DNA of 64,000 nucleotides from Octopus sinensis (Eukaryota). The notes beneath the pieces were generated by a model. That model saw nothing but the letters and a program-made list of their open reading frames with translations. It was not told the DNA's origin and made no database searches. The DNA is taken from positions 1 through 64,000 of the forward strand of contig NW_021832381.1 of assembly GCF_006345805.1 (NCBI RefSeq). The letters run 5' to 3'. Shown one piece after another: positions 49,928 through 61,199 of this stretch (position 1 is the stretch's first letter; the number at the start of each line of letters is the position of its first letter). The translations under genes and the position numbers were made by a program.

Positions 49928-50000
49928 ATCTAGACAGCAAGCAAGACAAATAAATTCACCACGAAAATTGATTATTCAATTAAAAATAAAGTTATTTTGT

Positions 50001-50348
50001 TTATTTGAGAAAGACTGGTCCCGGAGTTGGAATGTTGGAATCAGCAGAATCGAGAGTTAAATCAGTTGAAATGATTCTGAGTTGGATTGGGGGCATTACA
50101 GCGCGTCTGCGATCCCTGGTATAATAGTAATTATTGAATATTGCTGAATTCTCACTGGGAGGTAGACAATTTCTGCGATAGTCACTAACTTAATAATATT
50201 AAGTAAAGTTACCGAGGGGATAGCTCATAAGTATATCGGAGTGGATCAGTATACTCCCACTATTTGATAGAATGCATTATAAATATACTCCGTAAAGTAA
50301 ATCTCTTATTTTGGTCATAAATCGAGTAAGACCACGTCGTTCAATCAT
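50001..50348 (-). CDS. NDUFA7: NADH:ubiquinone oxidoreductase subunit A7 (B14.5a), three exons; not in the ORF track
   Basis: Removing two short GT-AG introns (~29 and ~28 nt) gives MIERRGLTRFMTKIRDLLYGWEYTDPLRY...SPRD...LPPSENSAIFNNYYYTRDRRRAVMPP...PTPGPVF, matching the NDUFA7 motif NNYY.TRD.RR.V.PP. Confidence 0.85.
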
Positions 50349-50652
50349 ATAAATCAATTTTATAATTAATTAAAGTTTATAAACAATTATAAGATTATAA
50401 AAAATACTTAGAAGAAATTGGTCTAGAGCAGGGGTGTCAAAATCATTTCACTTAGAGGGTTGCATTTTAAAATAATTTGAATTGAATTGAAATGTTTATT
50501 TTCTATGTAACAAACTCGTCACTAGATTAAAAGGGGAGAGAAGAGCCAAACGAAACCAAGGAGACGGAGGAAACAAGTTTGTTTGGTGATTGGGGTCAAT
50601 TCTAATGGGACACCAGATGTCCCTTCGATAAAAATAACGACCCCTTGCACCA

Positions 50653-53214
50653 CTATTTATTTAAGTGATGCAACAGTTTTTCAATGGATCGTACCGATCT
50701 CTCCAGCTCTGGGGTTAGTTTGGATTTTAAGTCCAAGCCATGTGCCAGTTTAATGGCATATCTCCGCGTTTTCTCCAAAAGATCAACATGTTTCTTTCCT
50801 TCGCAGCTTCCGAACCATCCTTGAGATCCATAGATCAGGAAGGGTTCTATACACGCAGAGTATACGTATAAGAACGTTTCCGGTTTCAGCTGGAATCGCA
50901 TCAGAGCTTTCAACATTTGGGTAGCCTTGTTCTTTCTCTTCCTTATATACATCTTGAATGAACCAGTTGCATCCACAACTATTCCGAGGTATTTAAGATC
51001 ATCCACGGGTTTTATCGCTCCGGTGTTAATACAAACATCAGGTTTCCTTCTCCTTTTACCAATCCAGCAAACAGTGCTTTTTTCAAAAGATAAAGACAAG
51101 CCTTTATCCTGGCACCATTTGCCAATTTTTTCGATATGACTGTGGGTTCTTTTCCACGATATTGACTTGCTCATAGAGAAATCCATAATTAAAATATCAT
51201 CTGCGTAGATGACCATCTCCATGCTAGGGAGATCCACTTGAGGGATGTCGCACATCACACAGTTAAATAAAAGTGGACTGATGACAGATCCCTGCGGAAC
51301 TCCTCTCTTAAGCAAAATTCTCTTCGATAATTGGTTACCGACCCGTACAAACGATTCTCTTTCCGAGAGGAAACTCTTCATCCAAACTAGGGCTGTCTTT
51401 CCAACGCTAAAATTGTATAAAGTTCGTAATAGCCCGGCATGCCAGACGCTATCAAATGCTTTTGATATGTCTAGACATGCAGCCGTAAGATACTCTTTTT
51501 TCCTTTGTGCTGTAGATATGGCCTCCTTTAACAGTGAAAAGCAATTTCCAGTGCCCTTGTTCCGCCGAAAACCCCATTGCTCTTTCAAGAGATACTGTTT
51601 ATCTTCAATATAAGTTGATAGTCTTTTAAAGACAATTTTTTCCATGATTTTTGAGATAGAACATATGAGGCTGATTGGTCTGTAATTTGCAGGATCCGAA
51701 CTCGGTTTTCCTTTCTTCGGGATCATGCGAACAATTGTCCTCTTCCATGCTTGGGGAACATGTCCAATACTCCACGAAGAGTTAAATAGCTTCCATAGTT
51801 CATATAACAAAGGCATTCCCGCCTTTTTGAAGATAATCATCGGTATGTAGTCCCAACCAGGGGATTTATTTTTACATCCGTGTATTGCTGATTTGATTTC
51901 TTCCATAGAAATAGCTCCACATAATGGCCCCTCCGTAAGCGATAGTAACTCCCAAATACACGTCTCATTTTGTATAGTCTGAGAAATTATAGACAAAGGG
52001 TCCACTTCTTGAATCTTAGCTAGCTGCTCTTTTAACTTCTCAGGTACCTCCTCTCTTGGAATCAGATTGCCATCACTGGACTTGAGTTTTATCTCTCCAC
52101 CCTTTTTATCAGAACTCATCTTTGAGAAAAGTTTCCAAAAATTCGGATTTTTATGAGAGAGTTTAGAGCATTCTTTTTTCCAGCTCTCCTCTACTATATC
52201 CTTAGATAATTCCTCTGATAAGTTTTTAATCGATTTTATTCTTTGTTTGAGGAAGATAGGGTCTTGCGGGTCCCAACACCGCTTTAGTTTACTTTCCAAG
52301 TTCCTTTTTTCACGAAGTAGTTTGGATTGCTCTTCATTTATCAATCGATTTTTGTACGAGAAGAGAAACCTCTTTTTTCCATAGTCCTCCAGATAATTTC
52401 GAATAATGTTCCTTATTCTTTCATCCAAATAATTGATCTCGTCAAGATTTAGTATTTTCAATTCTTGAGTATTTGCAAATTTCATAGACATATAAAAGTT
52501 AAAATGATTCCAATTAATGTTGCTGATATTATAACCAAGAAATACATCCTCAGTGAGAACTGCTCCCGTTCGTAGTTTCATCGTTTGCGGAAGATGGTCA
52601 CTCCCAACATCATTTTCAACATAAGGCCGGTCACACAAACCACTTAAGGCATTTGCAACAATAAACAATCCTAATCGATCACCACCTTGCTGCTGAAAGT
52701 GGTTAAGCTCTTCAGACGTTAAAATTTGAAAATTTGAGGTTTTTTTGATCTTAAGTAAACAATTTCCATCCTGATTTGACTTCACGCACCCATATGCAGT
52801 ATGCTTCGCATTTAAGTCTCCAACAAGAATTGGATTCTCATTTCCTTCCATAAAATTTTTGACAATCGACGAATAATCTTTCAACCTTTTGGAGTATATA
52901 CCTCCAACGGTTATCCATCCAATAGAAGTTTTTAAATCAATGGATGCTAATTCACATACATTCTGTTCAATTATTCTTGGATTCCGAATGTCAATAGACT
53001 TTTTGTAAAATATTGATGTTCCTGTGCCGGCGTTAGCACCAGGATGCCAAGGAATATCAATCGAGCTGTATCCAGGAATAGTGATACTTCCAGACTTCTT
53101 CATTTTCGTCTCGTTAATGATAAATACATCCATCTGAACTGTGCTGATAAGAGCTATCAGCTCTGCTGCCCGCTTTCGAAGAGAGCGGGCATTAACCAAG
53201 GTAATCCTGGTCAC
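50653..53214 (-). CDS. LINE ORF2 (APE endonuclease plus reverse transcriptase; no RNase H or C-terminal CCHC seen)
   Basis: LVNARSL, INETKM, GDLNAKH, SDH, NYRPISL, LDISKAFD, GVPQGSVISPLLF, YADD and LKYLG. Begins at a GTG overlapping the ORF1 stop. Confidence 0.95.
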   Translation of the reverse strand: MTRITLVNARSLRKRAAELIALISTVQMDVFIINETKMKKSGSITIPGYSSIDIPWHPGANAGTGTSIFYKKSIDIRNPRIIEQNVCELASIDLKTSIGWITVGGIYSKRLKDYSSIVKNFMEGNENPILVGDLNAKHTAYGCVKSNQDGNCLLKIKKTSNFQILTSEELNHFQQQGGDRLGLFIVANALSGLCDRPYVENDVGSDHLPQTMKLRTGAVLTEDVFLGYNISNINWNHFNFYMSMKFANTQELKILNLDEINYLDERIRNIIRNYLEDYGKKRFLFSYKNRLINEEQSKLLREKRNLESKLKRCWDPQDPIFLKQRIKSIKNLSEELSKDIVEESWKKECSKLSHKNPNFWKLFSKMSSDKKGGEIKLKSSDGNLIPREEVPEKLKEQLAKIQEVDPLSIISQTIQNETCIWELLSLTEGPLCGAISMEEIKSAIHGCKNKSPGWDYIPMIIFKKAGMPLLYELWKLFNSSWSIGHVPQAWKRTIVRMIPKKGKPSSDPANYRPISLICSISKIMEKIVFKRLSTYIEDKQYLLKEQWGFRRNKGTGNCFSLLKEAISTAQRKKEYLTAACLDISKAFDSVWHAGLLRTLYNFSVGKTALVWMKSFLSERESFVRVGNQLSKRILLKRGVPQGSVISPLLFNCVMCDIPQVDLPSMEMVIYADDILIMDFSMSKSISWKRTHSHIEKIGKWCQDKGLSLSFEKSTVCWIGKRRRKPDVCINTGAIKPVDDLKYLGIVVDATGSFKMYIRKRKNKATQMLKALMRFQLKPETFLYVYSACIEPFLIYGSQGWFGSCEGKKHVDLLEKTRRYAIKLAHGLDLKSKLTPELERSVRSIEKLLHHLNK

Positions 53215-54317
53215 GTTTGATTTATTTGGTGGCTGCTTCCCTCTTTTAGGAGAGCCACCAAACCGAGTAAAAGCTTGGCATCTTTTTTAGTTCTGGTCAC
53301 GTCCTTAATAGATCTTTCGAGCTCACTAATTAAGTCAGCTCGAGGTCGACCCGTCATTGACCCAGCTCCTGAAGTCGACAAAGTCTGCACCGCAGAGTGA
53401 GATATAGTCGTTTCCAATGTCTGTGTTCCAGCTTCAACTGTTTTCCTAACTCTTGGAACGTTCCATCCCGCCCATGGCTTCAAGGGTAAATTTTTTATGT
53501 CTGTTTGGTTGATTTTAGCATTCTCCGAAGCTTCTTTTAACAGTTTCTGAACTAGAATTTTATCATTTTTCAGCTTTGAAGCTTCTTTAGCTTTCTTACA
53601 GCCCCGATAATTTGCCAAGTGGCTCGAAGAACCGCAGTTGACACATTTTTTCATGTTAGAGTCCTTGCAATCTGTTCCAGCATGTGTACCCGAACAAAAT
53701 AGACATTTCTCCTGATTTTTACATAAGCGTGCTATGTGGCCAAACCCTTGGCATCGATAGCACTGGACTTCCGGTTTTCTGTACCACTCGGCCTTTACAT
53801 TCGAAAAGCCAATCTTTAGCCCAAATCGTACAAGCGATTGAGCTTCTCCATGATCAGAAGTTACCAATTTAATAATAGGGAGTCTCACTCCCCTTTTCTC
53901 AAAGCGTTCGAGAGTCATTTTTCCTTTCACTTTGCCCTTCAGGAAGTCTTCGAGTTCCTCAATTTCGATCCAAGTTGGGACATTTTTTAGAATTATTGCC
54001 ACTGGCCCGAATTTCTTATTTTTGAGAGAGTGGCCTCCCTCTCCAAAAGGTTTGCTTTCTTCTAATTCAATTTGAAAGTTTTCCACATCTTTTTCGACTT
54101 TGAAATTCAGTAGAAACTCTCCTGACTGTCGGCGAGAAACTCGTGCCTTCTTGATCGATTTCATGTTGCATAGCGTGTTAAAAATATTAATAGATCCCAT
54201 CGAGGGGTTATTGACTTTAAGCACAACAGTAATGTTGCCTCCAAACTTGTTTTCATATGATAAATGCTCGTTTTCTGTCTTTATTGTTGCCTTATTTTCA
54301 CTCTTGAAAACTGACAT
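53211..54317 (-). CDS. LINE ORF1 (gag-like, three CCHC knuckles)
   Basis: CYRCQGFGHIARLC, CLFCSGTHAGTDC and CVNCGSSSHLANYRGC; first ATG at 54317. Confidence 0.93.
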   Translation of the reverse strand: MSVFKSENKATIKTENEHLSYENKFGGNITVVLKVNNPSMGSINIFNTLCNMKSIKKARVSRRQSGEFLLNFKVEKDVENFQIELEESKPFGEGGHSLKNKKFGPVAIILKNVPTWIEIEELEDFLKGKVKGKMTLERFEKRGVRLPIIKLVTSDHGEAQSLVRFGLKIGFSNVKAEWYRKPEVQCYRCQGFGHIARLCKNQEKCLFCSGTHAGTDCKDSNMKKCVNCGSSSHLANYRGCKKAKEASKLKNDKILVQKLLKEASENAKINQTDIKNLPLKPWAGWNVPRVRKTVEAGTQTLETTISHSAVQTLSTSGAGSMTGRPRADLISELERSIKDVTRTKKDAKLLLGLVALLKEGSSHQINQT

Positions 54318-55024
54318 ATACACCACAACAACCCGTCCAACAACCCGTTTAAATCCCTAAGCTGGTATTTTAAAATAATTTCCCGTTGAGGCCGCATTTA
54401 TAATAATTTTTCGTCAAGGAAAAATTATTTATTTATTTTAATTCAAAACCAAAAATAAGGAAATCTAAATATGTAATCACCATCTTTTGATCGTGCTTAG
54501 AGCTACTTTCGGATGATTGAATCTTTTCCAGATGCAAATTTTAGTATTTTGGGTTCAATTATTTTTAATTAAAGCCGACAAATTTTTATCTGTAAGTCGT
54601 CTTCTATTAACAGTTTTTCTTAATTTCATAAATGAAAAAAAATGTTTACACACATATGTCAAACCAAACATTGCAATTATTTTAGTTGCACAATTTTTAA
54701 AGTTTTTAAACTTTTTCAGGAAGATTCTAACTTTTAAGCTTTTGATGTGGCTTAATATTTACTCTATTTTTGTACTTATGTTTTCGAAGTGGGACGATAT
54801 TTATCGTCACTTGGATACTTGATATTTTCAACTGTGATGCTATTTCTAGCCATTTTAGTATTTGATATTTCGAACTGGCATAATATTTCTCTCCATTTCG
54901 CTTTTTTAAAAATTTGACTGTGTAGTGATATTAACTACACTCCACTAAATATACTGTTGCACATGAAGCTTGCGGGCTGCACCTATAAATTTAGAGGGCC
55001 GCATGTTTTACACCACTGGTTTAG

Positions 55025-55815
55025 TTGATCTTTTTTGAAGTAACACGGTATTTAAGCATTCCACAAGACATATGACAACGTGGAAGGGATAAAGACAGAA
55101 CCAGGATAGGGAGATTTTACCGATTTACAATCAAATTAATTACATCATCTGTAAACTTAATCTCATATACGTGCTGATGGACTCACAATCTTACAGAGGC
55201 ACACTCCTATCGATTGGGCATAAAACTGTTGTCTCTTAATTTAAATTTCATTTCGGGTCACTGCTTGGTGACTAATAAGATGTCCAACGAAAAAAAATGT
55301 TGTCGAAATTGAAACTAAAGAGGCTAAAATCGGCATGGCTAAGTTACGCGCATCTCTCAAACCCCGTAAAAATACGTCTGTACAATGCTTTCATTCTGTC
55401 TATCTTACTGTACAACTCAGTAACATAAAGACTAAATCAAAAATTAGTGCTTTTCACAGAAAATAACTCAGGTCACTACTGGGAATACACTAACCGATGA
55501 GATCAAGAAACAAGACTTATACTCCGTTTCCAAAGCAGAACACCTAGAGACAACTATTACTATGACCCGATGGGGACTTTTCGGCCACATACTACGAATG
55601 GATCGGATCCCTCTGTTTATGACATCATGGAAACATACTTTCAATCCTCTGAGCCTTTTCGAGACAGGCCAGGAAGGACACTACCGCAGCTAAAGAATTA
55701 AAAATCGTAAATAGCTCTGCCGCAAGATGTAAACGACATTTTGACATCTCGCCGATTACACTTTTTTTTATTTGTAAAGATCAAGACAGAAAGAGAACAT
55801 GACAAGCTAAAGAAT
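55025..55815 (+). mobile_element. Internally deleted RTE-like element
   Basis: HSTRHMTTWKG...QINYIIC (APE), then WGLFGHILRMD (RTE C-terminus). The 3' segment is shared with ~41110-41200. Confidence 0.65.
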
Positions 55816-55896
55816 TCTGTTTTATATCAACATTAAAAAACCATCAAAATTTATTTTAAAGGAAAATTCGAAAAAACGTTGAGAGGAAACAAAAAA

Positions 55897-56241
55897 TTAA
55901 GATTTTAGTTTAGCCTGAAGTTCGTTAATTTTTTTCGTATGATTGGTGAGTTTTTCGTCATGTGATTTGATAATTTTTTCATGTCGTTCAATTTCTGCAG
56001 TCAAATATTCGCCTCTTCTTTTCACGTTCTCCTGAGAATCCTTTGTCGATTGTTTGATTAAAGCTGGACCGACCATTTTATAAACAGTCGAATCATGAGT
56101 AAGCAGCTTTAATTCACTCATAACCATATTTGTTTCATTAAGCTGATTTGACAATTTATCCCGAACAGTGGTGACTTTGGCGAGTTCATTTCGCATTTCT
56201 TTCATTAATTTAACCTCTTTTTCGAGATCCTGCTCCGTCAT
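55897..56241 (-). CDS. PFDN6: Prefoldin subunit 6 (beta type), single exon
   Basis: KLSNQLNETNMVMSELKLL...VYKMVGPALIKQ...NVKRRGEYLTAEIERHE. Confidence 0.9.
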   Translation of the reverse strand: MTEQDLEKEVKLMKEMRNELAKVTTVRDKLSNQLNETNMVMSELKLLTHDSTVYKMVGPALIKQSTKDSQENVKRRGEYLTAEIERHEKIIKSHDEKLTNHTKKINELQAKLKS

Positions 56242-56349
56242 TAATGCGGCACTACAAAAAATTAATGCAATAATCTGCCTATGTCTATTTTATTTTATAA
56301 AAATATCTATTAATTCTTTTTAATTATAATCAAAAAATTTCCAAACTTT

Positions 56350-59110
56350 GAGGTTCTCCAATAAAAATACTATTTTAGCAATAGTAGTTGTTTTTGAGCG
56401 GCTCAAGTTTAATTACTTGTTTCCGATCTGTGTGTCACAGAAAGTGAGCACAGTGAAGGACGCCTCAGTACGGAAAACGGTCAGAATGAAACTCAGCACG
56501 AGGAACAAGCTCTTGAAATGCCTGGAAAACCTATCATTGCTGCGTCCTTATTGGCCAAGGTGGCGGTGCTCCCAAAAGAGGTTAGTAGCCGAAGGCGGAA
56601 GGTTTTATCGTGTTAACGATCACGAATGCCCACTCGCTTGCGAGACGGGCATTGGAGCTGAGGCTCTTCCGGGCCACAACGAAGTCTCACATTTTGTTAT
56701 CAACAAGGCAAAGCTGGAGGAAGCAATAAAAGTTGAATTTGTAGGGTATAAATTTATTATGGGAAGTAAACTCAGTGTATTACACGGCGAACCTCAAGGT
56801 GAGGAACATCAGAGTTGTGGAGGAGTCACTCTGTGATTTTATTGTGGTCGAGCTGCACACGACTGCTGGCTGGCTAACCGTCGGATGAGTGTACTCAAAG
56901 TCTTTAAGGCACTATTTAAATGTTGTTGAGACGTTTTTTAAGGAAAATTGTCTGGCAATCATAGCAGGAGACTTTAATGCAAAAAATGTGAGTTATGGAT
57001 GTGAAAATACGAACATGGATGCAGCCGCCCTTGAAGACTTAGCGACTATTAACCTGGGGTTTTCGGTTTTCACTTTGGAAGAGCTGAATCATTACGCAGA
57101 CAGAGACAGGGCTGATTGTTTGGGTTTCCATGGTCGGCGTCAGTTAGTCTCTTATACTGCATACCGAGGTTGGAAGCGGATATTGCCTCTGACCATGTGC
57201 CGCAAACTAAGTGGATAAAGATAACTATGAATGTTCAGGAGGACTTATTCACTGGTTACAACCTCGTAAATATGAACTGGAGTTTATGCGGGAGTCTGTT
57301 CAAACAGTCGTGGTCCAGCCTCTGAGGACCACCTTAGATCATCAATCATAAAATTCCTGAATGCTTATGCTGATAAGAATGTATGGAAACTTAAAGGAAC
57401 ATATAAAAATCAAATGAATCCGAAACTTGTCACTCTGATCAGAACGAAAAATACTTTAGAGAATCGCAGAAGATGTCGGGTTGAGTTAATTAAATACAGA
57501 CTGAAAGTTGAGATTGGCAAGATCAAATCCATTATTACAAAAATGGCCAAAGCTGAGGTCGAAAGTATATGGATGTCGGAATGCAGAAAACTGGATAAGC
57601 GAAATCCTAACTTCTGGAAAGCATAACAACGTCTTAGCAGAAATGATTCCAAAGGAGTTTCACTCAAAGAACCAGATTGAAAATACATCTTTTCTGATAA
57701 TGTCATGGATGCACTCAGAAACCATCTCAGTCAGGTTTAAGAGGTCGAATGTATTGTTTCACGAAGGACAAACAACAGGATCGTAAAGAAACTTGACTAT
57801 TTGTAGTTGTTATGTGGTGCGATAACACAGGAAAGGCCGAAAAGGCAATTGCTGGGTTGAAGAATAAGCTACCTGGTTTTTACTACATCCTTCAGATATT
57901 GTAAAGAATGCCCCTGAACTTCTGATACAAGCACTGTTTATGATGTTTGACGTTAACTGTACGTTTGGACACGTTCCGGCAGCGTGGAAACATACGATCG
58001 TTCGAATGATACCGAAACAGGCTAAATCGACACTGCTAGCAGCAAACTATCGGAAATTACCCTCATCTGTGCTTTCTCTAAAACAATGGAAAAGATTTCT
58101 TTAACAGGCTCTCTGGTTATGTGGAATCACAAAATTTGATTTCACTCGTTCAATGGGGATTTCGCGAAGGAAGGTGCACAGGGGACTGTTTTAAGAAGCT
58201 AGAGCACTAGCTATTCCGTGCTTACAGAAAAAATGCCTGGGTATCTGTGGTGTGTTTGGATCTCGCAAAAGCTGTCGATAACGTGTGGCACCTGGACCTA
58301 GTTGCGAGAGTTTATGAAACCGGCGCCGGAATAAAGATCTATCGATTGCTGGAGAGCTATTTGTCTTGAAAGAAATCTTTTTTTCGCTGCGGGAACTATC
58401 TATCAGGGTGTTTAGAACTTAGAAGGGAAGTCCCGCTGGGATCGGTTTTGAGTCCACTTTTTTTTAACATAATTCTGATGGACATTCCCCTCCGTCCGTA
58501 CGTATTGGCAAACTCATCATATATGCTGATGACATCTTGGTAATGGATGCCTCAAAAAAGATTTCCCAGTCGTGGAGACGACTCAAGTCACACATTCCCA
58601 TGCTAAAGAAGTAGACAGCAGAAAAGGGCTTGATCATAGCACCTGAGAAAAACACCATTTCATGGATGCGGAGAGAGAATTGTTTTGCGGAGTCGTGGGC
58701 TTATACTATGGGCGGTTATGCTATGGATCTCTCCAAGAGCTTGAATTTACTCTATCTTAGAGTAATTGTCAACTGTCGTGGCTCTTACGGCGACCACGTA
58801 GCAAACCAGAGGAAAAGGAGTGTGAGGATCCTTTAAAACCTAACCCGGTTCCATCTGGGTCCGGAAACGTAAATCTAACTGTACAGAATGTGTGTACATA
58901 TGGCTAAAAGGGATGGTTTGGTAGGGAGGAAAGTGACTACCTTATCGAACAGTGGAAAAGACAAGACATTTTGCATTGACACTGGCTTATGGAGTACAGC
59001 TTGACGGGAGGCTAGAAGACTCGCAAAATCCTCTGATCCGGATAGTACTGGAGAAAAGTTATGTTGAGTAATTATAATTATGGTTAGCATAGAAAGAGAC
59101 ACTTCGGTAT
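56350..59110 (+). mobile_element. Decayed APE-type LINE of the 50.5-54.4 kb family
   Basis: GWLTVG*VYSK, AGDFNAKN, ASDHVPQ, NPNFWK, LDLAKAVD and YADDILVMD; many stops and frameshifts. Confidence 0.85.
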
Positions 59111-59242
59111 CTTGTTTCTATCACCCCGTTAATGATCGTTCCTTGTTTTTTTGGATTTTGGTTTTCTTGAACAATAAAAAATATTCTATTTATATTATTT
59201 GTTTAAATTTTAATAAAAATTATTTTAATATTTAATTTTGTG

Positions 59243-60181
59243 ATGCCTTACGCAAACCAGCCGTCAGTGAATATATTAGAAATTGCCGATACTCATGTGA
59301 AATTTTGTATAAAAAACACAGATTTGAGGTTTTAATAAATGCGAATTTTTAGTGTCGCAAATGCTCTCCGCCGTGTCTGTCTTTCTGAAGTGCCAACTTT
59401 AGCTATTGACTGGATACAAATAGAAACAAACACAACCGTTCTTAATGACGAAATGATCGCTCACCGCGTAGGTCTTATTCCAATCGGCTCTGATGGGATC
59501 ATTGATTCTATCCGCCATTTTAGAGTATTTTAATTTCTTAAAATCAGGATTGTACATGCACTCACTTTTGTCCTAATTGTGCGATCGAGTTCTCATTGAA
59601 TGTAAAAGTAACTGGTTCCGGGACAGTAAATGTGACTTCTAGCGACTTGATTTCTAAAAATGAAACCGTAAAAACTGTAAAAAATTATGTTAACGTCGAA
59701 GATGCCGATTCGTGGGAATGTGGAATCAACGCTTTATAAAAAACCAGAAGATGATATTTTGATAGTAAAGATGCGGGCTGGACAGGAACTCAAATTTCAC
59801 GCATACGCAAGGAAGGGTATTGCCAAGGAGCATGCAAAATGGGACGCCTGTGCATCAGTGGCTTTTGAATATGACCCAGACAACATTTTAAGGCATACGA
59901 CCTTTCCAAATCCAACAGAATGGTTTTTATGGGCATTTATGAATTATAGGCCTCGGAGTGAGTTCAGTGATCTAGCAGATAATGAAGGTTATGTATCTAG
60001 TTTATGTCTAGCTGAGGGTAAATATGACTACAATAAGCACGCGGATATGTTTTATTTCAATGTGGAGTCTTCTGGGGCTCTCAAAGCGACTAATATTGTG
60101 TTCAGTGCCATTTCTGCACTTAAAAATAAAATAAATAATATTGGGATGGAATTAGATGCTCTTAAGAGTACAGCTTGTTGA
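59243..60181 (+). CDS. POLR2C: RNA polymerase II subunit RPB3, multi-exon
   Basis: [65 protein letters not shown]...AKEHAKW and FEYDPDN.LRHT. Confidence 0.97.
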
Positions 60182-60384
60182 TGTTTTTGTTGATATTTTG
60201 ATTATTTTCGACTTAATTTTTGTCTACGTGTAATATTCAGGTTCGGATACATTGCCTTATATTCATAAAAATAACTTTTTTTACAAGTTTCAATTATAAG
60301 TATTAGAGTAGTCATTATTTGTATTGCGCTGAAAATAATTGCATTTAAGATTGATTATTTGAACGTTTTAGATGTTGATCCCAA

Positions 60385-60906
60385 AGTATTCAGATTGACG
60401 GATGGCGGATAATCGGCTGGAAATCGCCGGAATCCCCCCCCTGCTTGAACCCACTGGGATCGATCGGGGGGACGGATAAAGGCCTGACGGGATCACTGTG
60501 TTTCCCTTCAACAGGGGGAAGCCTCTTACCTGGGATGCCACGTGTGTGGACTCTTTCTCGCCTCAGAACCTGCTGATGTCCGCATCCGCCCCTGGATCTA
60601 TTGTCACAACCGCGGAATGCAAAAAGATGCGGAAGTACTCCTCACTTACGGAGAAGTTCCAATTTCTTCCATTCGCGGTTGAGACTTCCGGTTCCTTGGG
60701 CGATAAGGCAATCAGCTTTGTTCAGAAGATCGGGTCTCGCATGTCTGCTTTTACAGGCGACGCCCGCGAATCAAGATGGTTTTTCGAGCGGATATCCCTT
60801 GCGATAGTACGCTCTATTTCTTTCTCGATCGCGTCGGCTTCCTGTCCATGAAGTTTAGGTTCGGATTACTTTTTTATGGAATACAAAATAAATATTTAAA
60901 AAAAAA
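60385..60906 (+). mobile_element. 5'-truncated CRE-clade retrotransposon with poly-A tail
   Basis: [36 protein letters not shown]...KKMRKY...FAVETSG...RISLAIVR, with an A-run at ~60898-60906. Confidence 0.85.
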
Positions 60907-61199
60907 TTGACTTTAATTTTTTGAGCGCAAGAATTGAGAGTATTTTTCTTCGCTGAATATCTTCCTAGTCGTCAAATAATGATCCGAGTTTTTTTTTCTG
61001 CTCCATTTTCATCTGTCAATTGCCCAACTATGTGTATTTTCAAGAATATTACTACAATACTATCCAGTTTCTTTGCTTTTCTGCTCATGGAGAAAGACTT
61101 TGAAAATCTTTCAGAAGAATTTGGAAAAATTTTTTACGTTGAACCAAAAAATGAAATAGAAATTATAAATCCAAAAATGACCGCATTTTAAAATCATAC

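Larger units (their letters stand above)
50479..54366 (-). mobile_element. Full-length, apparently intact APE-type LINE (Jockey/I-like)
   Basis: Perfect 15-bp TSD ATTTTAAAATAATTT (50464-50478 and 54367-54381). ~49-nt 5' UTR, two uninterrupted ORFs, and a 3' UTR ending AATAAA plus (TTCAA)n. Confidence 0.93.
50429..55018 (-). mobile_element. Non-autonomous hAT element hosting the full-length LINE
   Basis: Ends CAGGGGTGTCAAA (50429, preceded by GTCTAGAG) and TTTTACACCACTG (55018, followed by GTTTAGTT, a degenerate TSD). Internal minus-strand KIIAMFGLTYVCKHFFSFMK...RRRLTD is the transposase tail. Confidence 0.75.

Noticed and set aside
48770-55018. Composite hAT transposon capturing NDUFA7
   Set aside because: The gene lies between a right end (49927) and a separate element's end (50429), so it is outside both. 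The TIRs and target sites differ.
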